Source of the DNA: Eledone cirrhosa
Taxonomy: Eukaryota
Direction of reading: 5' to 3'
DNA: 64,000 bases
Assembly: GCA_964016885.1 (NCBI GenBank)
Contig: CAXHJY010001747.1
Location: 171,219-235,218 of the forward strand
The first letter of the stretch is position 1, and each line of letters begins with the position of its first letter. The translations under genes and the position numbers were made by a program. The notes beneath the pieces were generated by a model, which saw only the letters and a list, made by a program, of their open reading frames with translations, made no database searches and was not told where the DNA came from. This document shows, piece after piece, positions 15,201-28,050 of the stretch.

Positions 15201-18200
15201 TGTAATGCTGGATAGTACAGTGGATGGTACTGTGGTGATTTATAGTACAGTGGATGGTACTGTAGTGCTGGATAGTACAGTGGATGGTACTGTGGTGATT
15301 TATAGTACAGTGGATGGTACTGTAGTGCTGTATCCTACGGTGGATGGTAATGTAGTACTGTATAGTACAGTGGATAGTACTGTAGTGCTGTATAGTACAG
15401 TGGATGGTACTGTATTGCTGTATAATACAGTGGATGGTACTGTAGTGCTGTATAATACAGTGGATGGTACTGTAGTGCTGTATAGTACAGTGGATGGTAC
15501 TGTAGTGCTGCATAGTACAGTGGATGGCACTGTAGTGCTGTATAGTACAGTGGATGGTACTGTATTGCTATATAGTACAGTGGATGGCACCGTAGTGCTG
15601 TATAGTACAGTGGATGGTACTGTAGTGCTGTATAGTACAGTGGATGGCACTGCAGTGTTGTATAGTACAGTGGATGGCACTGTAGTGCTGTATAGTCCAG
15701 TGGACAGTACTGTAGTGCTGTATAGTACAGTGGACGGTACACTAGTGATGTATAGTACAGTGGACGGTACTATAGTGCTGTATAATACAGTGGATGGTAC
15801 TGTAGTGCTGCATAGTACAGTGGATGGTACTGTAGTGCTGTATACTACAGTGAATGGTACTGTTGTGGTGTATAGTACAGTGGACGGTACTGTAGTGCTG
15901 TATAATACAGTGGACGGTAATGTAGTGCTGTATAGTACAGTGGACGGTACTGTAGTGCTGTATAGTACAGTGGATGGTACTGTCGTGCTGTATAGGAAAG
16001 TGGATGGTACTGTAGTGCTATATAGTACAATGGATGGTATTGTATTGCTGTATAGGACAGTGAATGGTATTGTAGTGCTGTATAGTACAGTGGATGGTAC
16101 TGTATTGCTGTATAGTACAGTGGATGGTACTGTAGGGCTGTATACTACAGTGGATGGTACTGTAGTGCTGTATAGTACAGTGGATGGTACTGTAGTGCTG
16201 TATAGTACAGTGGATGGTACTGTAGTACTGTATAGTACAGTGATGGTATTGTAGTGCTGTAAAGTACAGTGAACGGTACTGTAGTGCTGTATAGTACAGT
16301 GGATGGAATTGTATTGCTGTAGAGTACAGTGGATGGTACTGTAGTGCTGTATAATACAGTGGATGGAATTGTAGTGCTGTATAGTACAGTGGACGGTACT
16401 ATAGTGCTGTATAGTACAGTGGATGGTACTGTAGTGCTGTATAGTACAGTGGATTGTACTGTAGTGCTGTATAATACAGTGGATGGTACTGTCGTGCTGT
16501 ATAGGACAGTGGATGGTACTGTCGTGCTGTATAGTACAGTGGACGATACCGTAGTGCTGTATAGTACAATGGAAGGTACTGTAGTGCTGTATAATACAGT
16601 GGATGGAACTGTAGTGCTGTATAGAACAGTGGATGGTACTATAGTGATGTATAGTACAGTGGATGGTACTGTAGTGCTGCATAATACAATGGATGGTACT
16701 GTCGTGCTGTATAGTACAGTGGATGGTACTGTAGTGCTGTATAGTACAGTGGATGGTACTGTAGTGCTGTATAGTACAGTCGATGGTACTGTAGTGCTGT
16801 ATAGTACAGTGGATGGTACTGTCGTGCTATATAGTACAGTGGATGGTACTGTAGTGCTATATAGTACAGTGGATGGTACTGTCGTGCTGTATAGTACAGT
16901 CGACGGTACTGTAGTGCTGTATAATACAGTGGACGGTACTGTAGTACTGTATATTACAGTGGATGGTACTGTAGTGCTGTATAGTACAGTGGATGGTACT
17001 GTAGTGCTGTATAGTACAGTGGATGGTACTCTAGTGTTGTATAGTATAGTGGATGGCACTGTAGTGCTGTATAGTACAGTGGACGGTACTGTAGTGCTGT
17101 ATAGTACAGTGGACGGTACACTAGTGCTGTATAGTACAGTGGACGGTACTATAGTGCTGTATAATACAGTGGATGGTACTGTAGTGCTGTATAGTACAGT
17201 GGATGGTACTGTAGTGCTGTATAGTACAGTGAATGGTACTGTAGTCGTGTATAGTACAGTGGACGGTAGTGTAGTGCTGTATAGTACAGTGGACGGTACT
17301 GTAGTGGTGTATAGTACAGTGGACGATACTGAGAGCTGTATAGTACATTGATAGTACTGTAGTGCTTTATAGTACAGTGGATGGTACTGTAGTGCTGTAT
17401 AGTACAGTGATATTATTGTAGTGCTGTAAAGTACAGTGAACGGTACTGTAGTGCTGTATAGTACAGTGGATGGTACTGTAGCGCTGTATAGTACAGTGAT
17501 GGTATTTTAGTGCTGTAAAGTACAGTGAACGGCACTGTAGTGCTGTATATTACAGTGGATGGTACTGTAGTGCTGTATAGTACAGTGATGGTATTGTAGT
17601 GCTGTAAAGTACAGTGAACGGTACTGTAGTGCTGTATAGTACAGTGGATGGAATTGTAGTGCTGTATAGTACAGTGGATGGTACTGTAGTGCTGTATAGT
17701 ACAGTGGATTGTACTGTAGTGCTGTATAGTACAGTGGATGGTACTGTAGTGCTGTATAGTGCAGTGGATGGTACTGTAGTGCTGTATAATACAGTGGATG
17801 GTACTGTCGTGCTGTATAGGACAGTGGATGGTACTGTCGTGCTGTATAGTACAGTGGACGATACCGTAGTGCTGTATAGTACAATGGAAGGTACTGTAGT
17901 GCTGTATAATACAGTGGATGGAACTGTAGTGCTGTATAGAACAGTGGATGGTACTATAGTGATGTATAGTACAGTGGATGGTACTGTAGTGCTGCATAAT
18001 ACAGTGGATGGTACTGTCGTGCTGTATAGTACAGTCGATGGTACTGTAGTGCTGTATAGTGCAGTGGATGGTACTGTAGTGCTGTATAGTACAGTGGATT
18101 ATACTGTAATGCTGGATAGTACAGTGGATGGTACTGTGGATCTTTATAGTACAGTGGATGGTACTGTAGTGCTGTATAGTACAGTGGATGGTACTGTAGT

Positions 18201-21200
18201 GTTGTATAGTACAGTGGATGGTACTGTAGTGCTGCATATTACAGTGGATGGCACTGTAGTGCTGTATAGTACAGTGGATTGTACTGTACTGCTGTATAGG
18301 ACAGTGAATGGTATTGTAGTGCTGTATAGTACAGTGGATGGTACTGTATTGCTGTATAGTACAGTGGACGGTACTGTAGTGCTGTATAATACAGTGGATG
18401 GAATTGTAGTGCTGTATAGTACAGTGGACGGTACTGTAGTGCTGTATAGTACTGTGGATGGTACTGTAGTGCTGTATAGTACAGTGGATGGCACTGTAGT
18501 GCTGTATAGTACAGTGGATGGTACTGTAGTGCTGTATAGTACAGTGGATGGTACTGTAGTGCTGTATAGTACAGTGGACGGTACTGTAGTGCTGTATAGT
18601 ACAGTGGACGGTACTGTAGTGCTGTATAGTACAGTGGACGGTACTGTAGTGCTGTATAGAACAGTGGATGGTATTGTGGTGCTGTATAGTACAGTGGCTG
18701 GTACAGTAGTGCTGTATAGTACATTGGATGGTATTGTGGTGCTGTATAATACAGTGGACGGTACTGTAGTGCTGTATACTACAGTGGATGGTACTGTAGT
18801 GCTGTATAGTACAGTGGATGTTACTGTGGTGCTGTATAGTACAGTGGACGGTACTGTAGTGCTGTATAGTACAGTGGACGGTACAGTAGTGCTGTATAGT
18901 ACAGTGGACGGTACTGTAGTGCTGTATACTACAGTGGATGGTATTGTGGTGCTGTATAGTACAGTGGCTGGTACAGTAGTGCTGTATAGTACATTGGATG
19001 GTATTGTGGTGCTGTATAATACAGTGGACGGTACTGTAGTGCTGTATAGTACAGTGGATGGTACTGTAGTGCTGTATAGTACAGTGGATGGTACTGTGGT
19101 GCTGTATAGTACAGTGGATGTTACTGTGGTGCTGTATAGTACAGTGGCTGGTACAGTAGTGCTGTATAGTACACTGGCTGGTACAGTAGTGCTGTATAAT
19201 ACAGTGGACGGTACTGTAGTGCTGTATAGTACAGTGGATGGTACTGTAGTGCTGTATAGTACAGTGGACGGTACTGTAGTGCTGTATACTACAGTGGATG
19301 GTATTGTGGTGCTGTATAGTACAGTGGACGGTACTGTAGTGCTGTATAGTACATTGGACGGTACTGTAGTGCTGTATAGTACAGTGGACAGTACTGTAGT
19401 GCTGTATACTACAGTGGATGGTATTGTGGTGCTGTATAGTACAGTGGACGGTACTGTAATGCTGTATAGTACAGTGGACGGTACTGTAGTGCTGTATAGT
19501 ACAGTGGATGGTATTGTGGTGCTGTATAGTACAGTGGACGGTACTGTAATGCTGTATAGTACAGTGGATGGTACTGTAATGCTGTATAGTACAGTGGATG
19601 GTACTGTAGTGCTGTATAATACAGTGGATGGTATTGTAGTGCTGTATAATACAGTGGATGGTATTGTGGTGCTGTATAGTAGAGTGGACGGTACTGTAGT
19701 GCTGTATAGTACAGTGGACGGTACTGTAGTGCTGTATAGTACAGTGAACGGTACTGTAGTGCTGTATAGTACAGTGGATGGTATTGTAGTGCTGTATAGT
19801 ACAGTGAACGGTTCTGTAGTGCTGTATAGTACAGTGGATGGTATTGTAGTGCTGTATAGTACAGTGGATGGTACTGTAGTGTTGTATAATACAGTGGATG
19901 GTATTGTGGTGCTGTATAATACAGTGGATGGTACTGTAGTGCTGTATACTACAGTGGATGGTACTGTAGTGCTGTATAGTACAGTGGATGTTACTGTGGT
20001 GCTGTATAGTACAGTGGACGGTACTGTAGTGCTGTATAGTACAGTGGACGGTACAGTAGTGCTGTATAGTACAGTGGACGGTACTGTAGTGCTGTATACT
20101 ACAGTGGATGGTATTGTGGTGCTGTATAGTACAGTGGCTGGTACAGTAGTGCTGTATAGTACATTGGATGGTATTGTGGTGCTGTATAATACAGTGGACG
20201 GTACTGTAGTGCTGTATAGTACAGTGGATGGTACTGTAGTGCTGTATAGTACAGTGGATGGTACTGTGGTGCTGTATAGTACAGTGGATGTTACTGTGGT
20301 GCTGTATAGTACAGTGGCTGGTACAGTAGTGCTGTATAGTACACTGGCTGGTACAGTAGTGCTGTATAATACAGTGGACGGTACTGTAGTGCTGTATAGT
20401 ACAGTGGATGGTACTGTAGTGCTGTATAGTACAGTGGACGGTACTGTAGTGCTGTATACTACAGTGGATGGTATTGTGGTGCTGTATAGTACAGTGGACG
20501 GTACTGTAGTGCTGTATAGTACATTGGACGGTACTGTAGTGCTGTATAGTACAGTGGACGGTACTGTAGTGCTGTATACTACAGTGGATGGTATTGTGGT
20601 GCTGTATAGTACAGTGGACGGTACCGTAACGCTGTATAGTACAGTGGACGGTACTGTAGTGCTGTATAGTACAGTGGATGGTATTGTGGTGCTGTATAGT
20701 ACAGTGGACGGTACTGTAATGCTGTATAGTACAGTGGATGGTACTGTAATGCTGTATAGTACAGTGGATGGTACTGTAGTGCTGTATAATACAGTGGATG
20801 GTATTGTAGTGCTGTATAATACAGTGGATGGTATTGTGGTGCTGTATAGTAGAGTGGACGGTACTGTAGTGCTGTATAGTACAGTGGACGGTACTGTAGT
20901 GCTGTATAGTACAGTGAACGGTACTGTAGTGCTGTATAGTACAGTGGATGGTATTGTAGTGCTGTATAGTACAGTGAACGGTTCTGTAGTGCTGTATAGT
21001 ACAGTGGATGGTATTGTAGTGCTGTATAGTACAGTGGATGGTACTGTAGTGTTGTATAATACAGTGGATGGTATTGTGGTGCTGTATAATACAGTGGATG
21101 GTACTGTAGTGCTGTATAGTACAGTGGATGGTACTGTAGTGTTGTATAATACAGTGGATGGTATTGTGGTGCTGTATAATACAGTGGATGGTACTGTAGT

Positions 21201-21717
21201 GCTGTATAGTACAGTGGATGGTATTGTGGTGCTGTATAATACAGTGGATGTTACTGTAGTGCTGTATAGTACAGTGGATGGTACTGTAGTGCTGTATAGT
21301 ACAGTGGATGGCACCGTAGTGCTGTATAGTACAGTGGATTGCACTGTAGTGCTGTATAGTACAGTGGATGGTACTGTAGTGCCGTATAGTACAGTGGATG
21401 GTACTGTAGTGCTGTATAGTACAGTGGATGGTATTGTGGTGCTGTATAATACAGTGGACGGTACTGTCGTGCTGTATAGTACAGTGGATGGTACTGTCGT
21501 GCTGTATAGTACAGTGGACGGTACTGTCGTGCTGTATAGTACAGTGGATGGTATTGTAGTGCTGTATAGTACAGTGGATGGTACTGTAGTGCTGTATAGT
21601 ACAGTGGATGGTACTGTATTGTTGTATAGTACAGTGGATGGTACTGTATTGTTGTATAGGACAGCGGATGGTTCTGTAGTGTTGTATAATACAGTGGACG
21701 ATGCTGTAGTGTTGTAC
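270..21717. repeat. 30-bp tandem minisatellite/satellite, roughly 715 monomers, consensus TAGTACAGTGGATGGTACTGTAGTGCTGTA
   Basis: Continuous 30-bp periodicity with occasional 29-bp monomers. The GGTATTG variant dominates the first ~2.5 kb and GGTACTG dominates afterwards. Degenerate monomers extend left to ~110. Confidence 0.98.
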
Positions 21718-21792
21718 TCACGATCCTAAGGTCTTAAGATCGATTCCCTGTGACGCGATGTCTCCACGAGCAAAATAATTTATTTCGCGTTG
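21705..21792 (+). mobile_element. 5' fragment of a tRNA-derived SINE, fused to the end of the satellite
   Basis: GTGTTGTACTCACGATCCTAAGGTCTTAAGATCGATTCCC...GACGCGATGTCTCCACGAGCAAAATAATTTATTTCGCGTTG matches the SINE piece at 21911-21995 and the SINE head at 61640-61740 (minus strand). Degenerate B box GATCGATTCC. Confidence 0.65.
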
Positions 21793-21793
21793 A

Positions 21794-21910
<117 letters not shown>

Positions 21911-21995
21911 GTCGTGTCGTAAGGTTCTTAGTTCGATTCCCGGACCAGGCGATGCGTTACGTCCTTGAGCAACACACTTTATTTCACGTTGCTCC
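21911..21995 (+). mobile_element. tRNA-derived SINE fragment
   Basis: B box GTTCGATTCC followed by the GTCCTTGAGCAACACACTTTATTTCACGTTGCTCC core, which is also present at 61620-61660 on the minus strand. Confidence 0.75.
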
Positions 21996-22092
21996 TTCTA
22001 CCTGGAGTTGCGACCGATAGATAGTATTAGCAATTGGAAAGACCAACGGAAACATTGTTCCCTCGGTCCGATTTGACGAAAGTCGATCGTTC

Positions 22093-22139
<47 letters not shown>

Positions 22140-22143
<4 letters not shown>

Positions 22144-22332
22144 AACGAGTAGGACCCCGACGACTGAGCTCAAGCCGTTTCGACGGCTAATTCTGAATCC
22201 ATAATTAGCCGTCGAAACGGCTTGAGCTCAGCCGTCGGGGTCCTACTCGTTCCTATTTCCCACTCTACTACCCTAAGTATTGAGTACTTTGGTGCGTTAT
22301 GGTCCACCTGGTTCCTTACCACATTTCCTTCG

Positions 22333-22334
<2 letters not shown>
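22140..22334 (+). mobile_element. Fold-back element family A, copy 1 (Penelope-like inverted pLTR) with the 3' half of a hammerhead motif
   Basis: ~53-bp inverted arms, a ~10-nt loop and an ~80-bp tail, with (TA)n on both sides. The right arm reads GAAAC-GGCTTGAGCTCAGCC-GTC-GGGGTC. Confidence 0.7.
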
Positions 22335-22378
<44 letters not shown>

Positions 22379-22399
22379 TAGGCGTTTGATATTGCTTCA

Positions 22400-22444
<45 letters not shown>

Positions 22445-22953
22445 CACACACACACACACACCAACACACTCACACACACACACATATATATATATATAGA
22501 TATATAGATATACATACATACGTACATATACATATATATACATTTAAAAGACTGTATGTTACGTCTTCATTACGTTTATTGAGTAGTGACGCGCGTTTTG
22601 CTATTGATCAGCTCAAGGTTCGATCTGTATGGTTCTAGCGTGACTGTGGAATCAAAAGATCGTCGAACCTCTGATGTGGTAATGACAAAATGAACCTCTG
22701 AGGGCTTTGAAATAGTATATATCGATTGACATTAATGGTAGTCAATTTAAGTTCGTTTTAAGCTAGAAGGAATGTTTGGGTATGTGTGATAGGTGAGGGG
22801 AGGATTATTACACTTTGTTTAGTACTACACCTCTATACTTACTAGAAACTACGCATCGTGTGCTCACTCTGGTGAACGTACAGCAACTGGACGTTATAAT
22901 CCATATATATCTATCTCTCTATCTCTCTCACTCTCACTCACTCTCTCTCTCTC

Positions 22954-23042
<89 letters not shown>

Positions 23043-23044
<2 letters not shown>

Positions 23045-23254
23045 GGAACCAGTAAGACCCCGACAGCTGAGCTCAAGCCGTTTCGACGGCTAATTCTGGA
23101 CTAAAAAGTCCAGAATTAGCCAGAATTAGCCGTCGAAACGGCTTGAGCTCAGCTGTCGGGGTCTTACTGGTTCCTATTACCCACTCTACTACCTCAAGTA
23201 TTGAGTACTTTGGTGCGTTATGGTCCACCTGGTTCCCTACCACATTTCCTTCGT

Positions 23255-23256
<2 letters not shown>
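23043..23256 (+). mobile_element. Fold-back element family A, copy 2
   Basis: Same architecture and tail as 22140-22334, flanked by (TA)n. Confidence 0.7.
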
Positions 23257-23285
<29 letters not shown>

Positions 23286-23689
23286 CAAACAGTTATGAAA
23301 CGAAAGGAGCTGTGTGGTTACTAAAAACAAGATTTAGGATGGTGGTTAGGATAGAACAGGAGGAGAAAGGAAGAAAGGAGTTTCCATCGTCAGCTGTAAA
23401 TGTATCCCGAACCGATGTTTCGGCGTTGAATTACAGGACATCGGTGTAGTTCGGGTGCGCCCGAGGCCTTTTATTAATCAAAAGCCAGGTGGAAAAGGAG
23501 AGAGAAAAAGAGAGAACAAAAGGAGAGAGAAAAGGAATTAGAGGAAAAGGAGGAAAAACAGGGGGAAAAGATGAGGAGAGAGGGAGAGGGGGAAAATAGG
23601 AAAGGAATGGAAGAAAAAAAGTGTACAGATTCCATCGTGGGAGGACACAGTTGAAAGAAACATGCATATATATATAAATATATATATAT

Positions 23690-24233
23690 ATAAAATATTA
23701 AAAAAATAATGAATAAAACAATGAAACAGTTCCTTATATTAAACAAAAAAAGTTCATTATTTAACGATCGTTTCTAGGATATATATGTGTTAGAATTGGC
23801 ATGCATATTCAACAGATCTATGTACAAAATTATACAAAATTATACAAACTATCAAAATTAAATATACATACCAACACATATATATGCCGTCTTCTGAAGA
23901 CGGCATATATATGTGTTGATATGTATATTTAATTTTGATAGTTTGTATAATTTTGTATAATTTTGTACATAGATCTGTTGAATATGCATGCCAATTCTAA
24001 CACATATATATCCTAGAAACGATCGTTAAATAATGAACTTTTTTTGTTTAATATAAGGAACTGTTTCATTGTTTTATTCATTATTTTTTTAATATTTTAT
24101 CTTGACTCTGTATTCCGTTTATCTTTCACCGAAAGTGATTTTTCATTGCATCTCTTCTTTCCATGATATCCGGATTACATTGAGTTCTTCATACGGATTG
24201 GACACTACCGTAAACTCTTGGTAGATTTATCTA
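23690..24233 (+). mobile_element. Fold-back element: ~205-bp near-perfect inverted arms centred at 23895 plus a ~130-bp tail (Penelope-like)
   Basis: Arms at 23690-23894 and 23896-24100 are near-perfect reverse complements. CTGAAGA lies at the centre and GAAAC-GATC-GTT at 24016-24027. TA-rich flanks. Confidence 0.7.
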
Positions 24234-24321
24234 CATATATATATATATATATATATAGATATAAGGATATATGAAATATGTTAATAAATTGTGGTTTGAT
24301 GCATTACTGATTCCTCGTTAT

Positions 24322-24364
<43 letters not shown>

Positions 24365-24589
24365 TTGCTGATTATTTACATCCGCAATGTAGCGGTGCGA
24401 CAAACGAAAATCAATAAAATATTTACCACACTTGAAAAACTAAGTCCTTAGTGACTTATTTCCCGCAGAACGGTGACCCAGGTTGACCACAGTCAAAGAC
24501 CGGAACCAGTAAAAGCATGGAATAAATACATGCATACATGCATTTATACATACACACATACATACACACATACATTCACACATACATAA

Positions 24590-25113
24590 ATGTTACAGAC
24601 ATCATAAGTAGATATTCGAAGAGCTCATCACGATGTTATCTTCCTCTGAGGCATCATATATTAGTCAAAACAGTGTACATGCACTCCGTAGAAAGGAAAT
24701 AAATATAAAAAGTTACAGAGATATGGTTGGCACACGTGCACATAATATGGAATGTTCCAGTTAAATCCTAAATAAAATGTAAACACAACTGGTCAGACAT
24801 AGTGATATGGAACAGAAAAGACGGCATGCGCAGTAAATGGAAATCAGTTGCCCAGCAAATGTTAATATAGGGATAAATATTAGCGAAAAGGAGAACATTT
24901 ATGCTGAACTAATGAGAAATCTGCAGGTTCACCACCTTGTATATACTTTTAGATTTGTACCCGTGATCATTGAGGCACTAACGACCTCAGTACACATCTC
25001 GAGAATTTAGGCTTTACAGAACCAGAAAGCGCACGTTTAACTAGGAAATTGCAAGTACAATCCATCAATGGAAGTGTAAAAATATGTAAAACATTCCATA
25101 AATTTAGCATAAC
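24590..25113 (+). pseudogene. R4/Dong-clade non-LTR retrotransposon 3' end (zinc-knuckle/RLE endonuclease region), decayed
   Basis: Manual translation across frameshifts: DIISRYSKSSSRCYLPLRH...KCKHNWSDIVIWNR...EISCPANVNIGINISEKENIYAELMRNLQ...FVPVIIEAL...KLQVQSINGSVKICKTF. This resembles the HNRPDI...E...K RLE motif. Confidence 0.8.
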
Positions 25114-25734
25114 TGATACACACATATATAGTTTTTCTACTTTTGGCACAAGGCCAGCGATTACCCCAGTGCACAACTGGTACTTTATTTTATCGACCTC
25201 GTAAGGATGAAAGGCACAAATAACTGATACACACATATATAGATATAGAAATATACGTTTATGGACAGATATAACTCAAAGCATACATCCATACATGTAC
25301 TCACACACACAAGCACACACAGATACATAATTATCTAGCTGATGTCTAAATTTCAGTGATAGAATCTTGTCTCTGTGATAGAACCGGCTCTCTCTCCATT
25401 AGTGAGAAATTAAAAAAAACAACAAAAACAGAACATATTGCATGCATATACTACATACACATCATTCATTCATTCATTCATTCATTCATATATACGCGCA
25501 TACGTATATACATACATTCATATATACATACATACGGACACATACATGCATATATACATACATACATTACATACATATTTTATATATATACATTACATAC
25601 GTACATACATGCATATATACATACATACATTACATACATATTTTATATATATACATTACATACGTACAAACATGCATATATACATACATACATTACATAC
25701 ATATTATATATATATATACATTACATACGTACAT

Positions 25735-26329
25735 GGTGGTGGCTGCCAACTCGTTTTCGAGTACGGCCACTACTTTATATCAATGTAGGAGAACTCCTAC
25801 CGTTGCGCTGAACGAATGTGACTTTTTAGTCCAGCCAGCGACTTGAAACTCTGGTACAAACACTACACCTGTGACAATTATTGACACAGTGCTGGGCCCA
25901 TGCTACCATGTGACGACAAGTGCAGATAGATCTCCAGATATAAAGCAATGCCTGTGCCGTGAAGCTTTTATAGTGAGCAAAGGCACTGCACAAAGCCAGT
26001 CCCACTCTCTTAACCAAGATGATATTTACCAAAAAGAAGAACAAGTCAACATCATTGGATACCATCAGAGTTGCAGGTGTTATATCAGAGTTTTCCTTCT
26101 CCTAGAATTCTGCCTTGACAAAGGCTAAGGGGTCATCTCTCCCGGTGATTTTGGATGGCCATTGACTCTTAAGAGCTCCTTTGCCTTTTGACAGTCATGC
26201 AGGATGTCCAAAGTCACCCTCCTCACCAAGAAACCTTGGTGGGGTTGCCAGTTTAGTGGCCAACGACCCGACCATGAGACAGGTTGTACTGGGATACATG
26301 TTACCAGTAGCACCAACTGGTGACCTGAC
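25735..26329 (-). mobile_element. Non-autonomous RTE-related retroelement (~590 bp), copy 1, in a (CATA)n tract
   Basis: Near-identical copies at 41757, 42863 and 44393. The minus strand carries CTAGGAGAAGGAAAACTCTGA, a motif typical of RTE 5' UTRs. All copies share the left end. Confidence 0.7.
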
Positions 26330-26821
26330 ATACATACATACATGCATATATACATACATACATACATACATACATACATACATACATTACATACATATTT
26401 TATATATATACATTACATACGTACATACATGCATATATACATACATACATACATACATACATACATACATACATACATACATACATACATACATACATAC
26501 ACACATACATACATACATACATACATACATACATACATACATACATACATACATACATACATACACAGATATATATACGTATCTATATGCCGCCGTCCAC
26601 AAATGTCCTTCCACCTCTAAGTGGAGATATGTTAACAGAACCAACATCATTTGTTACATTGCTGGCAATATATTTCTGATTGATGACTGCACATAGATAT
26701 CATATGACAGAATATCAGACAGCGTCGATGATACAGCTACCGTTTATCTTTTGCTATTTTACTACCCCTCAACACATACCTTCTCTCATACACAATATAT
26801 ATTTATACACGTATACAAAAT

Positions 26822-26896
<75 letters not shown>

Positions 26897-27000
26897 TATA
26901 TATATGTATACTTATATATATATATATATATCAATAAAGGACTTTAACATCTGAGGCTACTCCGCATTTTCTTATCCCCCCCTCTCTCTCTTTCTCCCCC

Positions 27001-27036
<36 letters not shown>

Positions 27037-27037
27037 G

Positions 27038-27119
<82 letters not shown>

Positions 27120-27124
27120 TATAT

Positions 27125-27465
27125 AGTGAAGGTATTCTCTGGCTGACTCGTGTGTGCCGGGTGGTCTGGATCTTTGGAAAGGCACCTTATCAATGCAAAT
27201 CGGGAGTGATAATCCCAATTTTCAAAAAAGGAAACAAGAAAGATTGTTCTAATTACAAAGGGTTCTCCATGCTAAGCCTCCCCGGTAAAGTCTATGCTAA
27301 GTGTCTGGCATAGATGAACAGCCGACCAAATATTCACACTGCGATAGATCTTAGAGAAATCGTGGGAGTATTGCCAAAAGTTATATTCTAGCTGTGTAGA
27401 CCTCTAAAATGCACATGACTGCCTTCCTCGGAACCTGCTGTGGAAGGTTGCAGGAGTATGGGATC
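27125..27465 (+). pseudogene. RTE-clade LINE reverse transcriptase fragment
   Basis: [14 protein letters not shown]...[35 protein letters not shown], followed by DQIFTLR. These are RT domain 0-2 motifs, with stops and deletions. Confidence 0.88.
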
Positions 27466-27604
27466 TTTATTCATTTCTATATAAAAATATAACGTGCAGT
27501 AACTGAAGATATTATACTAAACTATTACACAATGCTATACATATACAACTCGCCAAAAGAATGTTATTGGTTTACAACTAGAGCATATAAGTTAAATAAT
27601 ACTT

Positions 27605-28050
27605 ATCAGGCTGACTGTAAGGAGGCGTTGGAGAAGGTTGTGAGGCCTTGGATGGAGAGCGTGAATAAAGGGTGACCGTACACCTACTAACATGATTTTA
27701 CACCATCTCATACGGTCAAGACGACCCAAGAATGGATGAATTACAATCTCCACGATCATGTCACCCCAAACATATGGTTTCTTAACTCTCCAGATCTGAA
27801 TCCGTTGGACTACTACGTGTGGGGCGTAGTCGAGAGGGAAGTCAATCAACGCCCTCATAACATTATAAAATCTCTGAAGTCCACCATAACTAATGCAATG
27901 TCTCAAATAGGTAAAGATCATCTGAATCGGGCATATCAACGTATAGAATCAGTCATCGATTCGAACGGCAGATTCATTGATAAATGCGAGAAGAACAGTC
28001 TCAAGATTATTCATACACATTTTTTCTCAAATAAAGCTCTTTTTTTATGA
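27605..28050 (+). pseudogene. Tc1/mariner DD37D (maT) transposase C-terminal fragment
   Basis: VVRPWMES...HDFTPSH...WFLNSPDLNPLDYYVWGVVE. There are 37 residues between the second and third catalytic Asp, and in-frame stops upstream. Confidence 0.88.

Noticed and set aside
270-21717. CRISPR array (30-bp partly palindromic repeat)
   Set aside because: The repeats are contiguous with no unique spacers, there are no cas genes, and the context is eukaryotic.
106-21729. Long ORFs (up to 1371 aa) of VVLYSTVDGT, STVLYSTTVP or HCTIQHYSTI repeats
   Set aside because: They follow from a stop-free 30-bp monomer. Frames are open on both strands, are broken by 29-bp monomers, and have no unique domains or codon-position bias.
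23285-23665. Possible further hammerhead element (minus-strand GAAAC-ATCG-GTT and CTGACGA)
   Set aside because: The motifs could not be arranged into a convincing three-stem topology by eye.
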